Notes: generated by a model from the sequence alone, not told the origin. 64,000 nucleotides of DNA from Phaeosaccion multiseriatum (GCA_965112735.1 OZ218961.1:1364001-1428000); one strand, 5' to 3'; counted from the first letter of the stretch, positions 1-21,923 are shown. Program-made: numbers and translations.

Positions 1-132
1 TGAGCAAGAAAAACACTCCGTTACTCCGTTGTGGGACCAGAGTGTGAGGTAGGGAGGCAAGGCAAGGCAAGGCAAGGCACATCCACTGCCATCCGCTGCC
101 CTCCACCACCATCGCCACCGCCTAAATATACC

Positions 133-3124
133 TGAGCTGGCTCTGAAAGTCCTGCATCTTCACGGACGACATGCGCTCCTCTGACAGCTGCCCATCTTCC
201 AACACGACCAATCGAAGGGCCGCCAATGCATCCGGCAAGGACCCTCTGCGCAAGAGGAGGGCATCTGCTGCCATCCGCGCCTCTGCTTGCTTAGGAGAGA
301 GGTCTTCGATCGGTCGGCGCTCTCGCTTAGACGGGGGCGGGGCGGGGCGGGCTTGGTCGGTGCTTCGCTGCAGTTTGACGCGCTGAGGCGGTGTGGGAGG
401 GAGGGAAGGGAGGGAGGGAGGGAGGGAGGGAGGGAGGGAGGGAGGGAGGGAGGGAGGGAGGGAGGGAGGGAGGGAGGGGAGGGGAGGGGAGGGGAGGGAG
501 GGAGGGAGGGAGGAAGGGATGGAGAATGCTCGATCAAAACGCTACGCTTGTCCTCCACGCATGCATGTGCATACGACTGCCTCACTGCCCCTATACCCGA
601 CTGCCCAAAGCCTGCCTTGCCCTGCCCATATGCCTGCCTCGCCTTGCCCATATGCCTGCCTTGCCCTGCCCATATGCCTTCCTCGCCCTGCCCATATGCC
701 TGCGTTGCCCTGCCCCTATGCCTGGCCTGCCCTACCCCGCTCATCCTACGTACCTCACACTTCGTCGACAGGGGAGACTTGAGGAACAGAGACAGCCTCT
801 CACTGTCAATAGAGGCGCCCAGTAAGTCACTCACTTTAGAGGGCTTGGGAGGAAGGAAGGAGGGAGGGAGGGAGGGAGGGAGGGAGGGAGGGAGGGAGGG
901 AGGGAGGGAGGGAGGGAGGGAGGGAGGGAGGGAGGGATGGGTGTTGCACGGGTCAGGGGAAGAGGACAGAGGGGCAAAGGTCTTGAATCACGCACTCACC
1001 ACCACACACACACACTTGCGCAAACACCAACAAACAACCATATATACGTACTCACATACGCACACACGCACACACGCACTCATGCACGCACACACACCCA
1101 CGCCCTCACACATGCAGGCACTCACACACACACAAACACACACACGCACGCACTCACCAGTCCGACAAGGTCGTAGACGTCGTTGGTGTTGCCCTCCTCC
1201 ACAAAGCCGTAGTGCTGCAGTAGGTGGTCATTCGAGCGGTCGCCATAGCTGATAAAGACTTGCTGGCCCGGAGCCCACCCCTCTTGTGTGGTAATGGCGA
1301 AGTAATCGTAGAAGTACTGCGGATGGCAGGGGATGGGCAGCAGAGAGAGGAAAGGATAGTAAGGGTGGTGGAGAGGGGGGGCTGTTAGATTGTTAAAATA
1401 GGCAGGGCGGGCAAAGGCAGGACAAGACGGCCTTTGCTTATCCTGTTTGGAGGCATCCGGAGGCATCGGAGGCTTGTCCTCCACAAGTCTTCTCCCTCTG
1501 CGTCCTTACACCCATTGTGCTGCAGAGCAAAAGCAGTGACAGACTCAAGTGGACATGCTCACAGCTGACAAGTGCGTCGCATGCATGTGTATGTCGTACG
1601 CAGGTCGGTGTGTGGTTGCTCGGGGATTTGACTCACATTGTAGCTGACGTCACTGGTTACCCCGCTCTTGTGATTGACTGCCCCCCAACGATGAGGAGGA
1701 GGAGGAGGAGGGAGGGGAGTGAGTGAGTGAGTGATGGGCGTGTTCTCATCGATATAGCTGATCACAGCAAGACACACCTTTTTCCCTGCCTCTCCCTCTA
1801 TCCCCCCTTCTCCCTAACCCTCCTCTCTCGCTCTCCCTCTCTCTGACTCCCTCCCTCTCTCGTCCCTCCCCCTCTCGCTCTCCCTCTGTCTCTCTCTCCC
1901 TCCCTCCCTCCCTCCCTTTCTCCCTCCCCCTCTCGCGCCACACCCGCCCTTCCGCCCCACTCCGACAACATCACGACTCGACGCACTGACTCATTCGATA
2001 GAGACAGAGAGACAACATCACGACTCGACGCACTGACTCATTCGATAGAGACAGAGAGACAACATCACGACTCGACGCACTGACTCATTCGATAGAGACA
2101 GAGAGGGGGGGGCAAACGAAGAGACAAGAGACAAAATAGAGAGTGGAGAGGGACGCGTAGACCAACAGAAAAAAGCACAGGCAGGCAATTGACTGACTGA
2201 CTGATGGACTGACTGACTGACGGACTGACTGACTGACTGACGGACTGACTGACTGACTGACGGACTGACTGACTGATGGACTGACTGACTGACTGACTGA
2301 CTGATTGACTGACTGACTGACTGACTGATTGATTGACTGACTGATTGACTGACTGACTGACTGACTGATTGACTGACTAAATGACTGACTGAATGACTGA
2401 CCGACTGACTGACCGATTCACTGACTGACTGACTGACCGACCGATTCACTGACTGCACTCACCCAAGTCGATGACTGGCGTTAACGCGTATCTGTGCGGC
2501 AGACAGAGCCCATCGGGGGCCGTCCGTGCGGAACAACAAAGGAGAACGTGATACAGGCCAGCAGGGGTAGGGTCAGGGTCAGGGTCAGGGTCAGGGTCAC
2601 GATCAGGGCCAGAGCCAGGGTCAGGGTCACGATCAGGGCCAGAGCCAGGGTCAGGGTCAAGGTCAGGGTCAGGGTCAGGGTCAGGGTCAGGGTCAGGGTC
2701 AGGGTCAGACGAGAAAAGAATCAACTGACCAACGCGTCAGGCCAATGCTTGCGAGAGCTGCCCTTCTCCTACTCCTCCTCCTCCTCTACCCCCCCCCTCC
2801 TCCTCACTCTCGCACCTCTTTAGCTCAACAAGCTTGCTGGTGAAAAAGTCTCTGAGTGGGATAGAGACGAGCACTGAAGCAAGCCCCACCCCTGCCTGGT
2901 CAATGGTGCCCAACCCCGCTCCGAGGTAGAGGCCAGCCAACACACACACGAATATCACCTCAGCCTGGCGAGAAGCCGCGCTGCGTCCTTCGTATGGGCC
3001 ACTGGAGGGGGAGGAGAGGGGTTCGGGGGGTGTGGGGGGAGAGAGGGAGGGGGGAAGAGGAGGAGTGGTATACTCAGTTGCTGCCCCTGTGTGTGCTTAC
3101 GAGAGTGTGGGTGTGCGTGCGCGT

Positions 3125-3170
<46 letters not shown>

Positions 3171-3271
3171 GTGTGTGTGCGTGTGTGTGTGTGTGTGCGT
3201 GTCGTTGCATGTGTGTCTGTGTGAGTGCGTGCGTCTGTACGTGTCTGTGTGTTCGCGCGAGTGCGTGTGCG

Positions 3272-3311
<40 letters not shown>

Positions 3312-5124
3312 CGTGTGTCTGTGCGTGTGTGTGTGCGCGTGGTTGAGCGTGTGTGTGTGCTCGCGACCTCCCTACCTAAAGGCTCTGCTGTAAGCGATTT
3401 CCATGCCCCACACGAGGTCTTCTTTTGACCAGGGGCAGTCCGGACTACTCTCCATCAGCTTGGCGTATATGTCGTCCCAGCTCGAGCGCTGCTCCAACAC
3501 TCGCTCCACCTGTGTGGTCACGATACGAGGATGGCAGTGGATGGGTGGGTCAAGTCAGCGGGGGTGGGGTGTCAGTGGATGGATGGATTGATGGCATGGG
3601 TGGTAGTCGATAACACGGCAGTTGATCGCACCACCAGGCAGGTAGGATGGCAGTGGATGGGCTGAGGCATATAGGCGGTGGATGGCAGTGGATGGGCTGA
3701 GGTATGCAGGCGGTGCATGGCAGGGGACGTCAGTGGACCCCATAGTTCGAGAGGTACTTACGCCTTCACATCACACACACTACTCACCATTGCCGGGTAT
3801 CCCAGGGACTCCAACTCCTTCTCTTCCCAGTGGAGGGGGGTGTCGAAGGACTGCACCGGAGGGCGGAAGAGACGGAAGGAAGTAAAAAAAGAGAGGGAGG
3901 GAGTGAGGGAGGGAGGGAGGGAGGGAGGGACGGACGGAGGGAGGGAGGGAGAGAGAGAGGGGGGAGGGAGGGAGGGAGGGAGGGAGGGAGGGAGGGAGGG
4001 AGGGAGGGAGGGAGGGACGGAAGGAGGGAGGGAGAGAGAGAGGGGAGGGAGGGCGGGAGCCTGCTGAGCCGCCATTGGCAGAGGGGAGAGGAAGACGAGG
4101 GAAGAGGTGTTCCTGCTGCTGCAGTTGTTGCTCTTGCTCCTTTTCGGCAGGCTGGTTGGTTGGTGGGTGGTCGGGAGGTGGTTTGGTTCGCTGACCTTTG
4201 GAAGCACATCTATCCAGGGCTTGAGGTCAGACGCGTCGCCCTTGTCCCGCTCGGCCAAGAGCAGGAGCGCCAGTCGAACGAACCACCTGTGAGGAGAACG
4301 GGGGGGGTGTTGGTGTTGGAAAGAAAAGAGACAAAAGGGGCGCTCACAGCCGCACACATCCGCACACAGCCGCACACAGCCGGACCGGAGGCGGCGTCTT
4401 TTCTGTCGTTCAGTGACTGGTAGTGACTGGTAGTGACTGGAAGTGACTGGTAGTGACTGGGTGCTTGGTGCGCTCCTTGTCACCTTCCTTACTCAGCCGG
4501 ACCTATTTTGTGCCCAAAAGTCTCGGTCCACCTGGCGGCGTAGAGACTTTTCTCCCACAGGCCACAGAGAAGCGAGTAGTGAGCATAATGGGGTTCAAGA
4601 GGTTCGATAGAGGAGATGAGTGAGGGAGTGAGTGACTGAGAGTCAGGCAGTGAGTGAGTGAGTGAGTGCAGGATGAAATTGTTGCGAGGCTCTTTTCCTC
4701 CCTTTCATTCAGACGTAGTGGGCGCTGGGCCGCTTACCCTCGGGAGGGTCTGATCAGTGGTCGTGATGAGAGCCGCGCGGCTCGGTACCGAGATAATCTC
4801 CTCATTGGGGGCAACGGCCTCTGAAGCCACCACTCCTCTGAGCCCGGCCACCACACCGGCCGTGGCCTTCGGTAGCTTCGCGCCGAGGTTCGCCGTTGCC
4901 CACCCCACAAACTCCCTCAGCTCCTTCAGCTCTTGGTCGCCTTGTCCTCCTGCAGCTGATGCTGCTACTGGTGCGCCCGCTGTGGCTTGAGGGGGCGAGG
5001 CAAAGCGCACATGAGATAGAGGAGTCCTGCGGCCAAGGCTTGGGCCGGTGGAGAAGGACGCTGCGCAGTCACTCCATGTGCTGAGTGCCAACGCCGTAAG
5101 CGGACACAATCTCCTCCCCTTCAT
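133..5124 (-). CDS. SET-domain protein lysine methyltransferase, Rubisco-LSMT/SETD3-like, predicted plastid-targeted; multi-exon, 3' end runs off the window
   Basis: Hand-spliced GT-AG exons approx. 5124-4738, 4531-4503, 4286-4196, 3850-3788, 3509-3377, 3001-2816, 2491-2463, 1677-1637, 1316-1159, 843-754, ~380-133. Motifs [80 protein letters not shown]-terminus is a signal peptide followed by CAA-SF, ASAFAP-like. Confidence 0.88.
1964..2105. repeat. 47-bp intronic minisatellite x3
   Basis: GACAACATCACGACTCGACGCACTGACTCATTCGATAGAGACAGAGA at 1964, 2011, 2058. Confidence 0.95.
2563..2707 (+). repeat. (TCAGGG)n telomere-variant-like hexamer tract in an intron
   Basis: Direct reading of tandem TCAGGG with a few degenerate units. 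Confidence 0.85.
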
Positions 5125-5235
5125 AATTTTCGCTCGTTTGATCTTTAGGTGGATATTTTTGGGGAGCGCGCTTGGTCGGCATTCAAGATCGTCGCCATTT
5201 GTAGGAGCGAGAGGCACGGCCTACCAAATCGATCT

Positions 5236-8077
5236 ATGTTTGTTCGGGCAATCAAGCGTTCTCGTGCTCGGAGGACGTCAGGATGTGTAAAAACCGCAGC
5301 AGCGTGTCCCCATCGCCTCGTGGGAGGAGGAGGTGTTCCTGCTGCTGCTTCCACACACTGGTGGGAAAGATGGGTCTCGACGACCTTCTTCCTCCCAGCC
5401 CCGGTAGATGTTGAGCGACGATCGGCGACTCCCTCGCTCCACCTCCTTGGAACCAGGGGTATGACGGGAGGGACGCAGCAGAGACGAGGTGGTAAGCGTG
5501 CAGAACGACAGAAGCAAGTAGAGCTGACCAAGGAGATCCAGAGACTTGGAAACAAGCGCGACTGGAGGGGGGTGGCGAGAGTGCTTGAGGAAGCGAAGGC
5601 AACGGGGCTTCGAATGAATGTCGTTTTGTTCAGCGCCTCAATAACTGCGGTGGGCAAAGCTGGGCGATGGAAGGGTGCGCTCGCCTTGCTGGACGAAATG
5701 AAGGCAAGCGGCCTCCAACCCAATGTCATCTCGTACAACTGTGCGATTGTTGCTTGTGGCAAGGCAGGAAAGTACGACAAGGCGCTGGACTTGCTGGAGG
5801 AGATGCGGAGGGAAGGGCTTCACCCCGATGTTATCTCGTACAACTCTGCGATTACTGCTTGCGGCAAGGCAGGAGAGCACGAGAAGGCGCTGGACTTGCT
5901 GGAGGAGATGCGGAGGGAAGGGCTGGATCCCAATGAAATCTCGTACACCTCTGCGATTACTGCATGTGGCAATGCAGGAGAGCACGAGAAGGCGCTGGAC
6001 TTGCTGGAGGAGATGCGGAGGGAAGGGTTGAATCCCAACGTCATCTCTTACAGCTCTGCGATTGCTGCTTGTGGCAAGGCAGGAGAGCACGAGAAGGCGC
6101 TTGACTTGCTGGAGGAGATGCGGAGGGATGGGGTTCGACCCAATGAGATCTCGTATACCTCTGCGATTACTGCCTGTGGCAAAGCGGGAGAGCACGAGAA
6201 GGCGCTTGACTTGCTGGAGGAGATGTGGAGGGAAGGGCTCGCGCCCAATGTAATTTCGTACAACTCTGCGATTGCTGCTTGCGGCAAGGCAGGAGAGCAC
6301 GAGAAGGCGATGGACTTGCTGGAGGAGATGCGGAGGGAAGGGCTCGCGCCCAATGTAATTTCGTACAACTCTGCGATTGCTGCTTGTGGCAACGCAGGAC
6401 AGCACGAGAAGGCGCTGGCCTTGCTGGAGGAGATGCGGAGGGAAGGGCTGGATCCAGATGAAATCTCGTACGGCTTTGCGATTGCTGCTTGTGGCAAGGC
6501 AGGAAAGTGCGAGAAGGCGCTGGACTTGCTGGAGGAGATGCGGAGGGAAGGGCTTCATCCCGATGTTATCTCGTACAACTCTGCGATTGATGTTTGTGGC
6601 AAGGCAGGAGAGCACGAGAAGGCGCTGGACTTGCTGGAGGAGATGCGGAGGGAAGGGTTGAATCCCAACGTCATCTCTTACAGCTCTGCGATTGCTGCTT
6701 GTGGCAAGGCAGGAGAGCACGAGAAGGCGCTGGCCTTGCTGGAGGAGATGCGGAGGGAAGGGTTGAATCCCAACGTCATCTCTTACAGCTCTGCGATTGC
6801 TGCTTGTAGCAAGGCAGGAGAGCACGAGAAGGCGCTTGACTTGCTGGAGGAGATGCGGAGGGATGGGGTTCGACCCAATGAAATCTCGTATAACTCTGCG
6901 ATTACTGCCTGTGGCAAAGCGGGACAGTACGAGAAGGCGCTGGACTTGCTGGAGGAGATGTGGAGGGAAGGGCTCGCGCCCAATGTAATTTCGTACAACT
7001 CTGCGATTGCTGCTTGTGGCAAGGCAGGAGAGCACGAGAAGGCGCTGGACTTGCTGGAGGAGATGCGGAGGGAAGGGCTGGATCCCGATGAAATCTCGTA
7101 TAACTCTGCGATTGCTGCTTGTGGCAACGCAGGAGAGCACGAGAAGGCGCTGGCCTTGCTGGAGGAGATGCGGAGGGAAGGGTTCGCGCCCAATGTAATT
7201 TCGTACAACGGTGCGATTGCTGCTTGTGGCAAGGCAGGAAAGTACGAGAAGGCGCTGGACTTGCTGGAGGAGATGCGGACGGAAGCGCTTCAACCCGATG
7301 AAATCTCGTACAACTGTGCGATTGATGCTTGTGGCAATGCAGGAGAGTACGAGAAGGCGCTGGACTTGCTGGAGGAGATGCGGAGGGAAGGGCTTCAACC
7401 CGATGAAATCTCGTACAGCTCTGCGATTGCTACTCGTGGCAATGCAGGAGAGCACGAGAAGGCGCTGGACTTGTTGGAGGAAATGCGAAGGGAAGGGCTT
7501 CAACCCAATGAAATCTCGTACAACTGTGCGATTGCTGCTTGTGGCAAGGCAGGAGAGCACGAGAAGGCGCTGGACTTGCTGAAGGAGATGCGGAGGCACG
7601 GGCTTCAACCCGATGAAATCTCGTACAGCTCTGCGATTGCTGCTTGTGGCAAGGCAGGAGAGCACGAGAAGGCGCTGGACTTGCTGGGGGAGATGCGGAG
7701 GGAAGGGCTTCAACCCAATGAGGTGACCTACCACACCGCTGTCGACGTTCTGTCCCTGCACGGGCAGTGGAGCTCGGCTGATGGCTTGTACGCTGAGGCC
7801 ATCGCACAGGGAGTGTTGTCGCATTGGAAGAAGGGTGACGAAGGTAAAGTCATGGCACGAGCACTCGGAGTGGACCGGCAAGGCCGCCCTTCGATACGCT
7901 CTCCAAGTGGAGAAGGCGAAGGGCCGGATCAGTGTCATCACCGGGCGAGGCCGCGGTAGTGTGGACGGTGTCAGCGTGCTCAAGCCTGCAGTGCTGGCGT
8001 ACCTCAACGAAGAGCTCGGGCTCCACGCCACGGGGCATGCCACCAACGAGGGCCGTGTGATTTTCAAGGCAGGGTAG
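5236..8077 (+). CDS. PPR-SMR protein copy 1 (P-class PPR array + Smr domain); intronless; 5-nt deletion at ~7855 frameshifts off the Smr domain (truncated allele or pseudogene)
   Basis: ATG 5236 (MFVRAIKRSRARR..., Arg-rich, acid-free, mitochondrial-presequence-like). 19 near-identical 105-bp repeats at 5725-7719 (VISYNSAIAACGKAGEHEKALDLLEEMRREGLxPD/N) plus divergent flanking repeats. Smr motifs ITGRGRGS, LKPAV, NEGRV lie in the shifted frame. ATGGCAC here versus ATGGACTTGCAC (MDLH) in copy 2. Confidence 0.92.
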
Positions 8078-8259
8078 AAGGTATCCTCGGTAGAGGGGGG
8101 TACATCAAATAGGAGTGGCTTTAGACTTCAGCGCCACGGGCACAGTTTATTAGACCTTAACCAATAACGAAGTGGAAGGGCGGGTGAGCAGAGAATCACA
8201 GCTGACAACACCCGACTCACGTCTTCAAAAATTATACCTCGGAATTTACACTAAGATTT

Positions 8260-8308
<49 letters not shown>

Positions 8309-8312
8309 TGGC

Positions 8313-17519
<9,207 letters not shown>

Positions 17520-17623
17520 GATCTCTGCCGGGGGAGAAGAGGAAACAGGAAAAAGAGGAAAGGAAAGGTGACGGAGCCATTTGTGAACCTGGACTGCCAA
17601 CTCGTGAATCAAGATCACTCTTA

Positions 17624-18834
17624 TCGGCTCCAGACTGGCCTAGAAGCCTATGCTCTAGGCCCTAGGCCGAGCGGCCTACGCCCGCTCTAGGCCTAGGCCG
17701 GCGGCCGTTGGCCGCTCTAGGCCGGCCATTTTTTCTCCCTAGGCCGGCGGTTCTAGGCCTAGGCCTCGACCTGTCTGATTAGTAATTACGGCCGGCGCAG
17801 CCGGCCTGATTACTGATTATGACCGGCGCCAGCCGGCCTGAGTACTGATTATGCGCCAGCCGGGGGCTGATTACTGATTACGGCCGGCGCACACCGTAAT
17901 CTTGTCCAGGGTCGAAGGGAGGGAGGGAGGGAGGGAGGGAGGGAAGGAGGGAGGGAGGGAGGGAGGGAGGGAGGGAGGGAGGGAGGGAGGGAGGGAGGGA
18001 GGGAGGGAGGGAGGGAGGGAGGGAGGGAGGGAGGGAGGGAGGGAGGGAGGGAGGGAGGGAGGGAGGGAGGGAGGGAGGGAGGGAGGGAGGGAGGGAGGGA
18101 GGGAGGGAGGGAGGGAGGGAGGGAGGGAGGGAGGGAGGGAGGGAGGGAGGGAGGGAGGGAGGGAGGGAGGGAGGGAGGGAGGGAGGGAGGGAGGGAGGGA
18201 GGGAGGGAGGGAGGGAGGGAGGGAGGGAGGGAGGGAGGGAGGGAGGGAGGGAGGGAGGGAGGGAGGGAGGGAGGGAGGGAGGGACGGAGGGAGGGAGGGA
18301 CGGAGGGAGGGAGGGACGGAGGGACGGAGGGAGGGAGGGACGGAGGGAGGGACGGAGGGACGGAGGGAGGGAGGGAGGGAGGGAGGGAGGGAGGGAGGGA
18401 GGGAGGGAGGGAGGGAGGGAGGGAGGGAGGGAGGGAGGGAGGGAGGGAGGGACGGAGGGAGGGAGGGAGGGAGGGAGGGAGGGAGGGAGGGAGGGAGGGA
18501 GGGAGGGAAGGAGGGAGGGAGGGAGGGAGGGAGGGAAGGAGGGAGGGAGGGAAGGAGGGAGGGAAGGAAGGAGGGAGGGAGGGAGGGAGGGAGGGAGGGA
18601 GGGAGGGAGGGAGGGAGGGAGGGAGGGAGGGAGGGAGGGAGGGAGGGAGGGAGGGAGGGAGGGAGGGAGGGAGGGAGTGAGTCGACCCTGGACAAGATCA
18701 TCTGATTCTGGTTACGGCCGGCGCACACCGTAATCTTGTCCAGGGTCGATAGGCCTAGGCCGGGGGCCTGCGGCCCCCCTAGGCCGGCCGAATTTCGTCT
18801 CTAGGCCTAGGCTTCTAGGCCAGTCTGGAGCCGA
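17624..18834. mobile_element. Non-autonomous DNA transposon (MITE-like), 1211 bp, 27-bp perfect TIRs, 6-bp TSD CTCTTA
   Basis: TCGGCTCCAGACTGGCCTAGAAGCCTA at 17624-17650 and its exact reverse complement at 18808-18834. CTCTTA at 17618-17623 and 18835-18840. Palindrome-rich (CCTAGG/AGGCCT/GGCCGGCC) subtermini. No transposase ORF. Confidence 0.9.
17916..18677 (+). repeat. ~760-bp (GGGA)n tract inside the MITE, strong G-quadruplex potential
   Basis: Direct reading; few GGGAC/GGAA interruptions. Confidence 0.97.
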
Positions 18835-19396
18835 CTCTTAAATTATGAAAATACTCGCCCCCCACCATGGCTGAGGGCTTTTGCGCAAGCAGTTTGCGTC
18901 ATACGGAGGGAAGGGGGAAAGAGGGCCCGACATAGGGCTATGACTATGGCTGGTATCAACTTTTGTTCCGATGGGGAGGACTGACGATTCGGAGGGATAC
19001 GACCTCGGGGACTAGTGCCTAGTTCGCAGAGGGCGGGTGAGACGTTCCTTTCAGACTTGCAAACCATAGATGGCACTTAAAGGAAAGTGTGGGCGAAGTC
19101 CCCAGGGGGCGGGTGAGACGTTCCTTCTATACCCTGGCACTCAGGGGTAGCTGATTATATGGTACTTCGCAGTGCTTCGTAATAGTACGTAGTAGTAAGT
19201 AGACGGCAAGAGGGGGACAAGCGCCATCCATTCTTTGGCGCCAAGCACGTGGGTGAAGTGAGGGAGACGGAGGCCTGCAGAGGCCTGCAAATCTTGCCCA
19301 TTCATATGCCGTACGACGTACGCCTTGTCTGTGCCCGTGGCGCTGAAGTCTAAAGCCACTCCTATTTGATGTACCCCCCTCTACCGAGGATACCTT

Positions 19397-21923
19397 CTAC
19401 CCTGCCTTGAAAATCACACGGCCCTCGTTGGTGGCATGCCCCGTGGCGTCGAGCCCGAGCTCTTCGTTGAGGTACGCCAGCACTGCAGGCTTGAGCACGC
19501 TGACACCGTCCACGCTACCGCGGCCTCGCCCGGTGATGACACTGATCCGGCCCTTCGCCTTCTCCACTTGGAGAGCATAGCGAAGGGCGGCCTTGCCGGT
19601 CCACTCCGAGTGCTCGTGCAAGTCCATGACTTTACCTTCGTCACCCTTCTTCCAATGCGACAACACTCCCTGTGCGATGGCCTCAGCGTACAAGCCATCA
19701 GCCGAGCTCCACTGCCGTGCAGGGACAGGACGTCGACAGCGGTGTGATAGGTCACCTCATTGGGTTGCAGCCCTTCCCTCCGCATCTCCGTCAGTAAGTC
19801 CAGCGCCTTCTCGTGCTCTCCTGCCTTGCCACAAGCATCAATCGCAGAGTTGTACGAGATTTCATCGGGATCCAGCCCTTCCCCTCGCATCTCCTCCAGC
19901 AAGCCGAGCGCCCTCTCATACTGTCCTGCCTTGCCACAGCCAGTAATCGCAGAGCTGTACGAAACTACATCGGCGCGAGCCCTTCCCTCCGCATCTCCTC
20001 CAGCAAGTCCAGCGCCTTCTCGTGCTCTCCTGCATTGCCACAAGCATCAATCGCAGAGTTGTACGAGATTTCATCGGGGTGAAGCCCGTGCCTCCGCATC
20101 TCCTCCAGCAAGGCCAGCGCCTTCTCGTGCTCTCCTGCCTTGCCACAAGCAATAATCGCACAGCTGTACGAGATGACGTTGGGATTCAACCCTTCCCTCC
20201 GCATCTCCTCCAGCAAGTCCATCGCCTTCTCGTGCTCTCCTGCCTTGCCACAAGCAGCAATCGCAGAGTTGTACGAAATTACATCAGGGTGAAGCCCGTG
20301 CCTCCGCATCTCCTCCAGCAAGTCCATCGCCTTCTCGTGCTCTCCTGCCTTGCCACAAGCAGCAATCGCAGAGCTGTACGAGATTTCATCGGGATCCAGC
20401 CCTTCCCTCCGCATCTCCTCCAGCAAGGCCAGCGCCTTCTCGTGCTCTACTGCGTTGCCACAAGCATCAATCGCAGAGTTATACGAAATTGCATCGCTTT
20501 TCAGCCCTTCCCTCCGCATCTCCTCCAGCAAGTCCAGCGCCTTCTCGTGCTCTCCTGCCTTGCCACAAGCAGCAATCGCAGAGTTGTACGAAATTACATT
20601 GGGCGCGAGCCCTTCCCTCCGCATCTCCTCCAGCAAGGCCAGCGCCTTCTCGTGCTCTACTGCGTTGCCACAAGCATCAATCGCAGAGTTATACGAAATT
20701 GCATCGCTTTTCAGCCCTTCCCTCCGCATCTCCTCCAGCAAGTCCATCGCCTTCTCGTGCTCTCCTGCCTTGCCACAAGCATCAATCGCAGAGTTGTACG
20801 AAATTACATCGCCTTGCAGCCCTTCCCTCCGCATCTCCTCCAGCAAGTCCAGCGCCTCCTCGTACTGTCCTGCCTTGCCACAAGCATCAATCGCAGAGTT
20901 GTACGAGATTTCATCGGGATTCAGCTCTTCCCTCCGCATCTCCTCCAGCAAGGCCAGGGCCTTCTCGTACTCTCCTGCCTTGCCACAAGCAGCAATCGCA
21001 GAGTTGTACGAAATTACATCAGGGTGAAGCCCGTGCCTCCGCATCTCCTCCAGCAAGTCCAGCGCCTTCTCGTGCTCTCCTGCCTTGCCACAAGCAGCAA
21101 TCGCAGAGCTGTACGAGATTTCATCGGGATCCAGCCCTTCCCTCCGCATCTCCTCCAGCAAGTCCAGCGCCTTCTCGTGCTCTACTGCGTTGCCACAAGC
21201 ATCAATCGCAGAGTTATACGAAATTGCATCGCTTTTCAGCCCTTCCCTCCGCATCTCCTCCAGCAAGTCCAGCGCCTTCTCGTACTTTCCTGCCTTGCCA
21301 CAAGCATCAATCGCAGAGCTGTACGAGATTTCATCGGGTTGAAGCCCGTGCCTCCGCATCTCTTTCAGCAAGTCCAGCGCCTTGTCGTACTTTCCTGCCT
21401 TGCCACAAGCAGCAATCGCACAGTTGTACGAGATGACATTGGGTTGGAGGCCGCTTGCCTTCATTTCGTCCAGCAAGGCGAGCGCACCCTTCCATCGCCC
21501 AGCTTTGCCCACCGCAGTAATTGAGGCGCTGAACAAAATGACATTCATTCGAAGCCCCGTTGCCTTCGCTTTCTCAAGCACTCTCGCCACCCCCCTCCAG
21601 TCGAGCTTGTTTCCGAGTCTCTGGATCTCCTTGTTCAGCTCTATTTGCTTCTGTCGTTCTGCACGCCTACCACCTCGTCTCTGCTGCGTCCCTCCCGTAA
21701 AACCCCTGGTTCCAAGGAGGTGGAGTGAGGGAGTCGCCGATCTTCGCTCAATATCTACCGGGGCTGGGAGGAAGAAGCTCGTCGAGACCCATCTTTCCCA
21801 CCAGTGTGTGGAAGCAGCAGCAGGAACGCCTCCTCCTCCCACGAGGCGATGGGGACACGCTACTGCGGTTGTTGCCCATCCTGACGTCCTCCGAGCAGAA
21901 CGCTTGATTGCCCGAACAAACAT
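19397..21923 (-). CDS. PPR-SMR protein copy 2; intronless; intact Smr domain but two 1-nt deletions (~19972, ~19715)
   Basis: ATG 21923 MFVRAIKRSARR. 16 near-identical repeats at 21437-19759 (span 16x105-1). Smr domain VMDLHEHS..ISVITGRGRGS..LKPAVLAYL..NEGRVIF. Both deletions shorten 3-nt homopolymers, so they may be consensus errors (842 aa if corrected). Confidence 0.92.

Noticed and set aside
5638-8067. 809-aa antisense ORF (and the 500-aa ORF 20022-21524)
   Set aside because: Shadow of the PPR repeat: a stop-free unit repeated in tandem gives long open antisense frames.
17871-18728. 285-aa and 267-aa ORFs (PPSL/GGRE repeats) and the many similar ORFs in introns
   Set aside because: Translations of (GGGA)n, (CA)n and (GA)n microsatellites.
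19141-19359. Short ORF ALDFSATGTDKAYVVRHM, faintly HAD-IIB-like
   Set aside because: No ATG start or further motifs; too little to call.
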